A stretch of 39,269 nt of DNA, taken from IMG/VR virus record IMGVR_UViG_3300045988_084518; one strand, 5' to 3'. Of this stretch, positions 9,369 to 18,322 are shown in pieces. The translations under genes were made by a program, and so were the position numbers. Source of the stretch: a virus. Numbering within the stretch: the stretch's first letter is position 1; each line of letters starts with the position of its first letter. The notes beneath the pieces were generated by a model. The model worked only from the letters and a program-made list of their open reading frames with translations, was not told the origin of the DNA and ran no database searches.

Positions 9369-9626
9369 TTATGCTCCTTTCTTCTGCTCAAGGTTGGTTA
9401 CTCTTTTGTTGAGGGATTTGGTTTGTTCCTCCAAGATAGGTATTCTTTCCGCAAAGCCGTTGTGCCGTCTTACCTCTCTTGTCAGCTCGTCCAGCTTTTC
9501 ATTGGTCACGGCTCGCTCGATATCCGCTTTGTGGTCACGCTCCATGTTGCTTTTGTTATTGGTGATGACCACAGCTGCGACCGATGCAATGCCTGTGACT
9601 ATTGCCACAATTACGCTCGGCTCCAT
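9369..9626 (-). CDS. Membrane-anchored coiled-coil lysis accessory protein (XhlA-like core, TM at the N-terminus)
   Basis: N-terminal TM VIVAIVTGIASVAAVVI followed by an H..DIE...L..L...V..HN...RI..LE heptad region. Position is directly upstream of the holin. Confidence 0.45.
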   Translation of the reverse strand: MEPSVIVAIVTGIASVAAVVITNNKSNMERDHKADIERAVTNEKLDELTREVRRHNGFAERIPILEEQTKSLNKRVTNLEQKKGA

Positions 9627-9630
9627 AGGC

Positions 9631-9789
9631 TTATACCCCCGTATACACGGTCTCCACCAGCAAGGTCAACTCGCTGTACTCATCATCGGTCAGACGATTA
9701 CACGCAAAGAATACATCCAGTTTGTTCTGCGCTTCGTCAGCGGTCTTGTAAAACTTCTTCTCAATCAGCTTTTTCATCATCTTATACAT
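9631..9789 (-). CDS. XkdX-like small protein (52 aa)
   Basis: Start moved to ATG 9789 (GGAGG 9 nt upstream). The sequence ...NRLTDDEYSELTLLVETVY resembles the XkdX family, which lies between fibre and lysis genes in Firmicutes phages. Confidence 0.5.
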   Translation of the reverse strand: MYKMMKKLIEKKFYKTADEAQNKLDVFFACNRLTDDEYSELTLLVETVYTGV

Positions 9790-9916
9790 TGTTGATGACC
9801 TCCATATCTTCTTGGTATTTTTCTTCAACTGCATCAGCGATAAGCTGGAGCAGTTCGTTCACTTCGGCTTCCTGCTTTGCTTTTACTTCTTTTGCTTTTT
9901 CAGTGTAATAGCCCAT
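9782..9916 (-). CDS. Small helical protein (44 aa), absent from the ORF track (<60 aa)
   Basis: ATG 9916 lies directly after the TAA of the upstream gene, with GGGGGTG 6 nt upstream. Translates to MGYYTEKAKEVKAKQEAEVNELLQLIADAVEEKYQEDMEVINNV. Its stop overlaps the next start (ATGTATAA). Confidence 0.4.
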   Translation of the reverse strand: MGYYTEKAKEVKAKQEAEVNELLQLIADAVEEKYQEDMEVINNV

Positions 9917-11209
9917 TTAGTTCACCCCCATAATGTTAAGAGCATTGAGCACATCTCGTGTATAGTTCGTGCCGTCAAGAGATTTCCAACCACCAGTAGC
10001 TGTGTCGTAATAATAAGCATTTACCGCTTCGGCAATACCAGCATCATTTCCTATAAACGCATTATTTATGGCAATGTTTATCTGTGCGCTTTTATCATTC
10101 ACAATATCGATACCCGGTCTTGCATCGGAATAATACAAAGCAAGTGTATTCTTGGGCAAATGGAAGTTAAGAGTTAGCTTATATACATTGCTTGAATTAC
10201 CATCACACCCAACAAAGATAAAGCCATCGTCAACAGCACACATCGGCATTGTATAAAAATAGTTTGTAAAACTTCCGATTTGGGATCTGACATCAAACAC
10301 ACTTGTATCAGTTTTTGTATCAAAATCGTAAGAATGTAAATAGCCATCGGATAGAAGATAATACATCTTTTTGTCAAACACAACGCCAGAAGTCGCACCT
10401 ATTGTTTTTCCAATACTGACCTGTGTTCTCATTCTTTCAATCGGGTCAACAATCGAAAACCAATTGTTTGCTGTTGAACCAGATACATTGCTTAAAGAAG
10501 TAGAACCGCCAAAGATATACATCTTATTATTTATGGCACCTTGTGCAGCAAACACCTGTCCGGTGAAACCGTTTATTTTCCCAACGTTTACCACGGTGTT
10601 TGCAACAGTATCTGTTTTGTACAAATCTCCATCGTCGATTGGCGATGAACAATCAGTGCGTACAGAGTATACGTCTGTTCCGATTACTATGGAAACGAAC
10701 GAACCTCTTCCAACAGTTCCGAGATTCTTTACAAGAGTTTCTGTATCAAGGTCATAGCATAAAGCAAAACTTTGATTGTACCACGTTCCAGACACGCCAC
10801 CATAAGAATATAACTTGTTACCAACAATACACATTCCACATTGTGGGTACACGCTGGTAAATGCCGATGGGTTAGTAACCTGTTTAGAATTTAAGTTTAT
10901 CTTAAACGCTTTTCCTGATGGATAATTGTCGGTGGTTGTGCTACTTGAACCACCAGAGAGATACAGCGTATTCGTGCTTTTCCTCCACGCAAGAAGCGCA
11001 CCAACATTTCCAGTAGACGGAACAGAAATATTGAGGTTTTCAAACTCAAAACCGTATGTTAGGTCTTTTGCGCTGCATATAACCCTATCCGGCTTCTTCG
11101 CCAGTGGAACCCACAGCTTACTTGTATCTGTCGGAGGGGTAGAGCCGAAGTCTATGTTCAAATCAGCTCCACCGCCACCCAACGTAATAGGATTTCCTAA
11201 AATACTCAT
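9917..11209 (-). CDS. Kelch-type beta-propeller fibre / receptor-binding candidate, paralog 2 (430 aa)
   Basis: Start moved to ATG 11209 (MSILGNPITLGGGG, parallel to the paralog's MSVIYGNPIITNGGG). Recurrent hhhhGG blades (LYLSGG, LYSYGG, MYIFGG). N- and C-termini are shared with 11234-12544. Confidence 0.65.
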   Translation of the reverse strand: MSILGNPITLGGGGADLNIDFGSTPPTDTSKLWVPLAKKPDRVICSAKDLTYGFEFENLNISVPSTGNVGALLAWRKSTNTLYLSGGSSSTTTDNYPSGKAFKINLNSKQVTNPSAFTSVYPQCGMCIVGNKLYSYGGVSGTWYNQSFALCYDLDTETLVKNLGTVGRGSFVSIVIGTDVYSVRTDCSSPIDDGDLYKTDTVANTVVNVGKINGFTGQVFAAQGAINNKMYIFGGSTSLSNVSGSTANNWFSIVDPIERMRTQVSIGKTIGATSGVVFDKKMYYLLSDGYLHSYDFDTKTDTSVFDVRSQIGSFTNYFYTMPMCAVDDGFIFVGCDGNSSNVYKLTLNFHLPKNTLALYYSDARPGIDIVNDKSAQINIAINNAFIGNDAGIAEAVNAYYYDTATGGWKSLDGTNYTRDVLNALNIMGVN

Positions 11210-11233
11210 ATTCACCCTTTCCGGGGTGAGTAT

Positions 11234-12544
11234 TTAGTTCACCCCTAATATATTTAGTGCGTTCTGCATATCCGCTACATAGCTTTCACCAGTAAGCGAT
11301 TTCCACTTAAGGTCTTTGCTGTCGTAGAGATATGCGTTTGTTAATTGTGCTATGTTGTTGTTGTCCCCAAGGTAGGCGTTGATCACCTTAACCTTAAAGT
11401 CAGTATCTTTGGATTTAAGTGCTGTCCACAAGCCATCGTAACCATAGTCCTCTTGCAGGAACAGGTGGTTGCTGGTGAGGGGAGTGCTGACCGTAAATCG
11501 GTCAATATCAAGGCTATCGCTAAAACCAATTGAACCAGTTAGAAAAATATTATACCCATATAGCCACGTAATACAATATTTTCCCGATTTTGGTCTAACA
11601 GCATCAAGAGTAATGACTTGCTTACTCACAGTATCATAGCGATAGATGGTATTAAACACTGTTCCAGAAACGTTTCTACCACCGAAGATGTAGATATACT
11701 GACCAAAAGCAACTGCATTTGTGTCATACATCACTTGAGGAAGCGTTCCATCGTGAGTCCATGAATTCGAGGTTATATCATAACGATAAATAGCATTACT
11801 CTTTGTGTTACTATAACTGCCCCAATAACCACCAACAACATAGATTGCATTGCCAATACTGCACACGCCAAAGTTAATCATTCCTTGTGGCATATCAGCA
11901 AACTTGCCTGTTTTGTTTTTGGATACGTCAAAATACCTTACATCAGGCCAACAATTACCAGAATTGGCGTATCCCATGGAATAAATTATTGTCCCGTGTC
12001 CGATGATAGTTTGACCTGAATTGGCACTGTTATCCCCAAAACTTACCGATTGATTATAGTGGTAAGCCCTACTTGCTATATCAAAATAACATAGAGAAAA
12101 CACTGAAGTGCCCTGCCCACGAGCGTGCCCCCAGTAGTAAATTTTGTTGTCAATAACCGCCGCACCCCTTGCAACCAAGGCGTTTATACTATAATTGTTC
12201 GTATCCCCTCCATCACATACAATAGGACAGGTAATCGTTTCCCAAGCATTAGTTGCAGTGTCGTAGATTTGCATTTTCGAGTCCGGCGCAGGCACATAGA
12301 TTTTACCACTGTGGTATACAGACGAAGGGCTTGTGATAGCAGGAGTTGAAGGTCTCGTTTGAACTGCGGTTGTCATATATTCGCTACCAATTTGCAAAAT
12401 CGGACTACACTCAACAGCATCAGGCTTTGTTGCCAATGGCACCCAGAGTTTGGTGGTATCAGCGGGAGGATTTGCACCATAGTCTATGTTGAGTTTTACC
12501 CCCCCCCCGTTGGTAATAATTGGGTTACCGTAAATTACGCTCAT
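11234..12544 (-). CDS. Kelch-type beta-propeller fibre / receptor-binding candidate, paralog 1 (436 aa)
   Basis: Blade motifs KIYYWGH, IYVVGGY and IYIFGGR. ATGA overlap with the collagen-like fibre gene. C-terminus NAYLYDSKDLKWKSLTGESYVADMQNALNILGVN matches the paralog. Confidence 0.65.
   Translation of the reverse strand: MSVIYGNPIITNGGGVKLNIDYGANPPADTTKLWVPLATKPDAVECSPILQIGSEYMTTAVQTRPSTPAITSPSSVYHSGKIYVPAPDSKMQIYDTATNAWETITCPIVCDGGDTNNYSINALVARGAAVIDNKIYYWGHARGQGTSVFSLCYFDIASRAYHYNQSVSFGDNSANSGQTIIGHGTIIYSMGYANSGNCWPDVRYFDVSKNKTGKFADMPQGMINFGVCSIGNAIYVVGGYWGSYSNTKSNAIYRYDITSNSWTHDGTLPQVMYDTNAVAFGQYIYIFGGRNVSGTVFNTIYRYDTVSKQVITLDAVRPKSGKYCITWLYGYNIFLTGSIGFSDSLDIDRFTVSTPLTSNHLFLQEDYGYDGLWTALKSKDTDFKVKVINAYLGDNNNIAQLTNAYLYDSKDLKWKSLTGESYVADMQNALNILGVN
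12499..12508 (-). repeat. G10 homopolymer (C10 on the + strand) in codons 13-16 of Kelch paralog 1
   Basis: Read directly: ...ACC AAC GGG GGG GGG GTA AAA... It is the longest homopolymer I found in the window. The paralog encodes the same GGGG with the interrupted codons GGT GGC GGT GGA. Confidence 0.9.
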
Positions 12545-14295
12545 GCTGTTACCTCCGTTATCGTAACCTGTACGGTCATGTCTGCGTTCGGCTTATCGCC
12601 AATGCATTTGGCCGTAATCGTTCCGTTGTTGTTCTCCATCCATATTGCAGATGTGCCGCTATCAATAAGCACGCCGATAGCGGTTGCATCCATTTGGATA
12701 TCTACCTTGCTGTTGGCGGTGATGCCGCTGATGGTAACCGTCTGCGAAAGGTTGCTCCAAGATGCAGTCGGCAAAGTGACCGAAGCTCGCTTGACCTTGC
12801 AAGCATTGATTGCCGTCTGCTGGGCGGTGGAAACAGGCTTGTTCATGTCCGATGTGTCATCGACACTCCCAAGACCCACCTGTGCCTTTGTAACTCCGTG
12901 AGGGTTGGATTTATCGGTCACATGGGTATACGGAGCCTGTTTTACATTATCCACATTGCCGAGGTCAACCTGCGCCTTGGTCACGCCGTGAGGGTTCGAC
13001 TTGTCCGCAATATGGGAAGGAACCGCAGCAAGGGACGAATTGAATGCCGTCTCCGTACCGCTGTACCCGCTTTCTACTGCGGTTTGGTATGCGGACTTGC
13101 CGTCTGCACCGGCAACACCAGCGGGGCCTTGCGGGCCTTCGGGGCCTACTACGCCCTGTGGCCCCTGAATGCCCTGCGGGCCTTGTGCGCCGTCTCTCCC
13201 TGCCGGGCCTGTCGCTCCTTCCTTCCCCTGCGGTCCCTGAATACCCTGCGGGCCTTGCGGACCGATGGGGCCTTGCAATGCGCCGACACTCACCCAATCG
13301 TTTGCGGTCTCGCTCCAGATGTAGCACTCGCCGTTCTCACGGACAAAGTACATCTTGGTATCTCCGTTCGGGATTGCATTCTTGAGAGCCGCTACGGTCG
13401 GATAGCTGTCCTCGATATACAGGCTGGTTCCGTCTTTCCCTGCGGGGCCTACGGGGCCTTGCGGCCCAACAGGCCCTTCAGGGCCCTGCACGCCCCTCGG
13501 CCCTTCCGCACCAGTAGCGCCGGGGTCGCCCTTCTCACCATTTGGGCCTTGGATGCCTTGTACGCCCTGCAAGCCCTGCGGGCCTCTTGCGCCCTGTGCG
13601 CCCTGTGCGCCCTGTATGCCTTGCGGACCCTGCGGGCCTCTCACGCTGACAGACTGCGGAGCAATTGCGGTGTCTTGGATGGTAAAGGACATGATGCCGT
13701 TTGCGTCCACGCTCGGTACGATGACAGGGCCAGTTGCGCCGATGTCGCCCTTGTCGCCTTTCTCGCCCTGTACGCCCTGCGGGCCCTGGTCGCCCTTGTC
13801 ACCCTTCAAACTGGTGATGATGGTCTGCGTGCCATCGTCAGATACAACACCGTTTGTGAATTTCATGCGGCTGCGCTGCGGAGCGATGGTGCCGTCAGGC
13901 TTAACGATGACATGGCCGGAGGAGCCGGTCGCTTCCCATACCACGCCATCTTCACTCGTCTCAAGCACCTTGTCACCGTTGAGCCGGATGTACTTCACAT
14001 TGCCGGTCAGGATCCGCTTTCCCAGCTCCTCCTGTACGGTCGATGCTGCGCCGCTGATGTCCTCTGCGCCCATGCTGGCGGCAGCGGTCAGGGCGTTGAG
14101 CGCATCCACAAGGCTGTTGTACGCAGGGATGACCACCTCACGCACAACAGCTTCTACCGAGTATTGCATCTCGCTGGCAGAAAGGTTCGGGGTGGTATCC
14201 TGACCGATTACACCGACTCTTTCCCCAGCGCTATCAGTAAATACCGCATCCTTGGTATACTCGTTCCCATCGGATGCTTTGATTTTCTCAAACAT
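12541..14295 (-). CDS. Collagen-like repeat tail fibre protein (584 aa)
   Basis: Three long Gly-X-Y runs (for example GPQGPQGIQGAQGAQGARGPQGLQGVQGIQGPNGEKGDPGATG). Duplicated DKSNPHGVTKAQV(D/G)LG(N/S)VD fibre-repeat motif near the C-terminus. Confidence 0.85.
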   Translation of the reverse strand: MFEKIKASDGNEYTKDAVFTDSAGERVGVIGQDTTPNLSASEMQYSVEAVVREVVIPAYNSLVDALNALTAAASMGAEDISGAASTVQEELGKRILTGNVKYIRLNGDKVLETSEDGVVWEATGSSGHVIVKPDGTIAPQRSRMKFTNGVVSDDGTQTIITSLKGDKGDQGPQGVQGEKGDKGDIGATGPVIVPSVDANGIMSFTIQDTAIAPQSVSVRGPQGPQGIQGAQGAQGARGPQGLQGVQGIQGPNGEKGDPGATGAEGPRGVQGPEGPVGPQGPVGPAGKDGTSLYIEDSYPTVAALKNAIPNGDTKMYFVRENGECYIWSETANDWVSVGALQGPIGPQGPQGIQGPQGKEGATGPAGRDGAQGPQGIQGPQGVVGPEGPQGPAGVAGADGKSAYQTAVESGYSGTETAFNSSLAAVPSHIADKSNPHGVTKAQVDLGNVDNVKQAPYTHVTDKSNPHGVTKAQVGLGSVDDTSDMNKPVSTAQQTAINACKVKRASVTLPTASWSNLSQTVTISGITANSKVDIQMDATAIGVLIDSGTSAIWMENNNGTITAKCIGDKPNADMTVQVTITEVTA

Positions 14296-14298
14296 AGG

Positions 14299-16203
14299 TT
14301 ACCCCCTGTACTTCTTCGTTTCTCTGTACTCTACTGCGATGTTCTCGATGCCGAAAGGCTCTGCGTTTGCATTGGAGAAGCGGAAGCGCACCTTGTCGAG
14401 GTTTCGCATATCCAGCTTCCTGCCCAATACCTTCGGGGTCGTATCCGTACTCCATGTCCACTTCGACCAGTCGATATCGTCCCACGAGAAGAATCTCGCC
14501 GTCCTCGCATCCGTAAGAATGTCGATCCACTTCCCGCTGCACATCGCCGCAGCGTTTACGCTCGTCCGAACAAACGCAGACAGCCTGCAGGCAAGGTAAC
14601 GGAAGTGCTTGCTGGAATAGAAGGTCTTTCCATCGATATCGGGAGTCTCCCATTGGCACATAACAGGCTTCATGGTCATCCCGTCCAAGGTATCGTTGTA
14701 GGATGCGGTCGAGGTCTCATCCGTATTGAATTTGCAGACCTTCCCATCCGCTGTGCCGAAATACAAGTCGCCGTTGCTGTCCCATATTACCCTTGCGGGA
14801 ATTCCGGTGAGATAGAAGCACTCGTACTGATAATTGGAGTATGGCTCTCCCTGCTCATAATGCTTCTGTAAGAGGTCGAGGACATACACCCCACTTCCTG
14901 CTGCGATGAAGTAAAAGTCTTTGTGTAGGCAAGCGTATGCGTTCAAAATGTCGTTCTCGGCCAATAGCTTCGGGTTGATGTAGAAGCTGCGGCTCTGCAC
15001 ATATCTTTCGCCCGTCACATCGGATGCGGTCAAGGCAAATATGCCTGTCGAGGAAAGGAACAAAGGCTCGTTATCGGTCGGTACAAAGCTGTGTGCTGCA
15101 ATGGCTCCATGCCCTGTGATGACATTGCCTGTCTTGAAGGCAAAGGTCTCAATTGGGTTGCCCAGCTCGTCTTTGTCGGTTATGGTAGAGCCTGTACGCA
15201 CATAGACTGCGCCTGTGGTTCCGCTTTTGTGCGCTGCGATCCTGTCGCCCACGATGGAGTATCCTACGATGCGCTCGCTGTCCTCGCCCAAGATCGAGTA
15301 GGCCAGGTCGGAGAAGTACGAGAAATCGTTCTGCGCCGACCAGAAGTCACGGTTCTTGAAGTTCGGGTCGCCTGTTACGAACAGTCTCGTGCCGGTCTCG
15401 CCGTAGACGATACAGGTATCACAGTTCGTGATGCGGCTGCGGCTCTCGCTGCGGTCTTTGGATGCGGTGATGTACACATTGTCTGCGCCCGCCAAAGGGG
15501 ATTTGCCCGGAGCGGCTACGAATGTCACGGTGCCGCTGGTGCGGTCTACAGTAAAGTCGGTAGTCTCCACCTTGTCTACGAAGGAACCGTCAGCTTGCAA
15601 TATCTTTGCCGTTACAGGCTCGTTATTCAGGTTTTCGAGGGAAAGTTGGAATACTGTTGCTGCTGCGGTCTTCTCTCCTACATAGAAAGATTCCGTCCAC
15701 TTATCCGACATGAGGTTGATATCCTCATAAGTTGTTCCGCCTGTGCCGTCAGGGTTCTTGTTGATGACGATCCTCGGCACATACGCCGTTTCGGATACAT
15801 TTGCCACCTTGAAGGTTCCGTCATGCGTTACCTTGTAGTAGTGCTTCCCATCCAGCAGATACAACGCCTTGTCGAAGTTCTTCGCTACCGAGAAGGCATC
15901 GTTCATGTCAGAGGAGATGAGTTCTGTACCTGCGTACAGCTTCGTCCCTGCATGGATGATGTCAACGCCGTCAAGGGAGTAATGGCCGTTGATGCGGCCA
16001 TCGTATTCGTTGGTTTTGTAAAAGCCCAAGCGCTTGCGGACTCGACCGGGAGAGGAACGGATCATGTTCTCGCAGTTCGGGCTTCTGCGTGGGTCGATGT
16101 TCGTTGCACCGCTTGAAAAGTCGCAGCCGTAAAAGTCGTTGATGACTACGCTGCCGGTCCCCATCGCTTTGGTGCTCGGAAACCGCATGGAGGAAAATTT
16201 CAT
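14299..16203 (-). CDS. Large structural protein (634 aa), putative tail/nozzle or baseplate-like component
   Basis: AAGGAGGGAG RBS. Position between the head genes and the fibres. No recognisable motif. Confidence 0.45.
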   Translation of the reverse strand: MKFSSMRFPSTKAMGTGSVVINDFYGCDFSSGATNIDPRRSPNCENMIRSSPGRVRKRLGFYKTNEYDGRINGHYSLDGVDIIHAGTKLYAGTELISSDMNDAFSVAKNFDKALYLLDGKHYYKVTHDGTFKVANVSETAYVPRIVINKNPDGTGGTTYEDINLMSDKWTESFYVGEKTAAATVFQLSLENLNNEPVTAKILQADGSFVDKVETTDFTVDRTSGTVTFVAAPGKSPLAGADNVYITASKDRSESRSRITNCDTCIVYGETGTRLFVTGDPNFKNRDFWSAQNDFSYFSDLAYSILGEDSERIVGYSIVGDRIAAHKSGTTGAVYVRTGSTITDKDELGNPIETFAFKTGNVITGHGAIAAHSFVPTDNEPLFLSSTGIFALTASDVTGERYVQSRSFYINPKLLAENDILNAYACLHKDFYFIAAGSGVYVLDLLQKHYEQGEPYSNYQYECFYLTGIPARVIWDSNGDLYFGTADGKVCKFNTDETSTASYNDTLDGMTMKPVMCQWETPDIDGKTFYSSKHFRYLACRLSAFVRTSVNAAAMCSGKWIDILTDARTARFFSWDDIDWSKWTWSTDTTPKVLGRKLDMRNLDKVRFRFSNANAEPFGIENIAVEYRETKKYRG

Positions 16204-16214
16204 GCTCTCCCTCC

Positions 16215-17072
16215 TTACATCATGTATACTGTCTCGATGGTCTGATGCTTCTCCACATCTTCATCGGTCATCGCTCCAACCAGCTCGGCAAATCTTCCTG
16301 TGAGGTACTGGTTGAGGAGCAGCGTCTCGTCAATTCCGCTGGTGGCGTCAATCGCCAGTCGCAGCGGAACCAAAGGTACTGCCTTCGGCTCTACTTCGAT
16401 CTCCGCAGAGCCGGGTGCGCCGGAAAGGGTCGTGTGTCTGTGCTTGTACTGGATGTCAAACTGCCCACGATAGTGATAAGGGATGGCGATGTGGTATTCG
16501 TCCAGCCTCCGATAATCGGAGAAGTCACGGAAGGTCACTCCATCGCCGGAGAACAGGATCTTCACGAGGCCGTTCATCTGCTCCGGCAGCTCGTACCTGT
16601 CCCAAGGTGTGTGTTCGGGAATGTTTTTCGATGGGTAATCATAATACCCTGCATTCCGCACCCAGAAGGGGTACTCGGAAGTGATGCGGATGCTGCCCTT
16701 GAACGACCCCGAAAACCGCTTGAAGGAGTCCTCATCGATGGTCTGTGCGACTCCATCAACAGACATCCTCGCATGGCCTGTAATTTCAAGTGAATATGCT
16801 TTTGCGTCCGCATTGGAGAAGATATACTCCTCGCCGGGATAAAAGCTCTTGCAGGGGAAGAAGCTCCCCTCCATGCATTTGGGGGGCGACTGGACGATGC
16901 TCACGGATTTGATGATGGGGAATTGGGACTCCACCATCGCAACAGCACCGTCCAGCAGGTGTTCCATTCTGTCCTTGTAGTCGGCGATAAAGCCGTTGCT
17001 TGCCGCTGCGCCGTTTACGGTCGCTTCATCCAGCCACCGCAGCGCACCGTTGATGGCATCGTTCTTGTTCAT
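16215..17072 (-). CDS. Structural protein (285 aa), possible head-tail adaptor/connector
   Basis: Position only. Start overlaps the upstream stop region (GGGGTGATTGAATG). Confidence 0.4.
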   Translation of the reverse strand: MNKNDAINGALRWLDEATVNGAAASNGFIADYKDRMEHLLDGAVAMVESQFPIIKSVSIVQSPPKCMEGSFFPCKSFYPGEEYIFSNADAKAYSLEITGHARMSVDGVAQTIDEDSFKRFSGSFKGSIRITSEYPFWVRNAGYYDYPSKNIPEHTPWDRYELPEQMNGLVKILFSGDGVTFRDFSDYRRLDEYHIAIPYHYRGQFDIQYKHRHTTLSGAPGSAEIEVEPKAVPLVPLRLAIDATSGIDETLLLNQYLTGRFAELVGAMTDEDVEKHQTIETVYMM

Positions 17073-17076
17073 TCAA

Positions 17077-17322
17077 TCACCCCATGTATCCTGCTTCTTC
17101 AAGAATCCTGGCGACTTCTTCGGGTACATCTACCCATTCGCCACGCTTGATCTGATAGGTATAGCCGTTGATGCACACAGGCACTACGACATCTTCTTTG
17201 TTCAGTTTGTCCTTCGGCAGACGGATGCGTACCTTCTTGCCCTTGGCGAGTTCTTCGCCGGTCGCTTTTTCTACGATCTCTCCGATCATGTCGGGGTTGT
17301 CAGTCTTTTTGATGTTAGCCAT
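17077..17322 (-). CDS. Small head-associated protein (81 aa), function unknown
   Basis: Lies immediately downstream of the capsid gene. AAGGA RBS. Confidence 0.4.
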   Translation of the reverse strand: MANIKKTDNPDMIGEIVEKATGEELAKGKKVRIRLPKDKLNKEDVVVPVCINGYTYQIKRGEWVDVPEEVARILEEAGYMG

Positions 17323-17343
17323 ATTAAGTCCTTTCTGTAAAAG

Positions 17344-17369
17344 AAGGGAGGGGTGTTACCCCCTCCCTT
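17344..17369 (-). terminator. Hairpin/attenuator just after the major capsid gene
   Basis: 10-bp stem AAGGGAGGGG / CCCCTCCCTT with a 6-nt loop. On the minus strand it is followed by CTTTTA. Such leaky terminators after capsid genes are common. Confidence 0.45.
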
Positions 17370-17377
17370 GTATTTGG

Positions 17378-18307
17378 TTAGGCAGAAGCCATGGACTGGA
17401 TGCAGACCATCGCCAGCTCCTGCAGACGGACAGTAACCGCCATCGCTTTCCAGCCAACGGAACCACGCTGATTAAGCGGGTCCTCGGTGCCGGCGGAGCC
17501 GGTGGGCTTGATGATGATTTCGGGCTTGGAGGAGCCGTTCACATCGACCACGCCGTAAGCGTCCTTGCCTACGATAAGGGTCTTATGCAGGGTACCCGCA
17601 GTAGCGGTCGTTGCATCGGTGGGGCACATGGTGGTCAGAATAAAACGGACACCATGGATACGACCGATCTCGCCCTTCATGATGTTCTCTGCACCATTGT
17701 ACTTGGAGATATCCTGCCACAGGCTGTCGTTCTGCAGGTCGTATGCTACACTGGGATCGCAGAATCCGATGTAATAGCCGCCCTCCAGGGGCTCGGCGTT
17801 GTTGTTGCGCAGGGTGCGCACCGCTTTCTTGATCTCCTCGCTGTTTACCACCTTACCGGCGGCAATAGCGGCAGCGGAAGCAGCGCCGCCAGCAAACTGC
17901 TGGGAAGTGCCCTTGAAGATGACATCCGCACAGCGGGTCTCAAGGGTCTTGGCGGCGTTCTCGCCCATCAGCGCAGCGGACTCCGTGAGGACGGGATCGA
18001 TGCCGACCATGCTGATCTTGTCAGACAGGCGAACCCAGTTGCCCTCCTGCGCCACGGTAGCGGTAACAGCGGTGATGGACAGGTTGTCGCCGTCAGGGGT
18101 CACGCCCTCGGTCAGGGATGCCGCAGGGACGTCAAGGGAGTTGAAGCGGCGGAAGTTGATGGTGTCGCCCTCGTTCTTCGGCATGGGGCGCTTCTGACCG
18201 TACTTGAGGAAGGTCAGATTGGGCAGCAGCCGGGACAGCAGGGTACGATCATAAAAGGTTTTCTGTTCAGCGGTAAGATTACCGTAAGTCTGGGTAGTAG
18301 TAGCCAT
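17378..18307 (-). CDS. Major capsid protein (309 aa)
   Basis: Start at ATG 18307 (the track start is a GTG abutting the SD). Lies downstream of the scaffold gene. N-terminus MATTTQTYGNLTAEQKTFYDRTLLSRLLPNLTFLKYGQKRPMPKNEGDTINFRRF resembles capsid families as I recall them. Confidence 0.75.
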   Translation of the reverse strand: MATTTQTYGNLTAEQKTFYDRTLLSRLLPNLTFLKYGQKRPMPKNEGDTINFRRFNSLDVPAASLTEGVTPDGDNLSITAVTATVAQEGNWVRLSDKISMVGIDPVLTESAALMGENAAKTLETRCADVIFKGTSQQFAGGAASAAAIAAGKVVNSEEIKKAVRTLRNNNAEPLEGGYYIGFCDPSVAYDLQNDSLWQDISKYNGAENIMKGEIGRIHGVRFILTTMCPTDATTATAGTLHKTLIVGKDAYGVVDVNGSSKPEIIIKPTGSAGTEDPLNQRGSVGWKAMAVTVRLQELAMVCIQSMASA

Positions 18308-18322
18308 AGTTTTATACACTCC

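Noticed and set aside
9917-12544. Kelch paralog pair as a diversity-generating retroelement target (VR/TR)
   Set aside because: There is no reverse transcriptase anywhere in the window. The two genes differ throughout their centres, not only at adenine-templated positions. There is no short non-coding template repeat.
12520-14871. 783-codon plus-strand ORF, the second-longest in the window
   Set aside because: It is antisense to the collagen-like fibre and the 634-aa gene. It is extremely Arg/Cys/Ala/Leu-rich, has no SD, and is the mirror frame expected from GC-rich Gly-X-Y triplet repeats. It is a shadow ORF.
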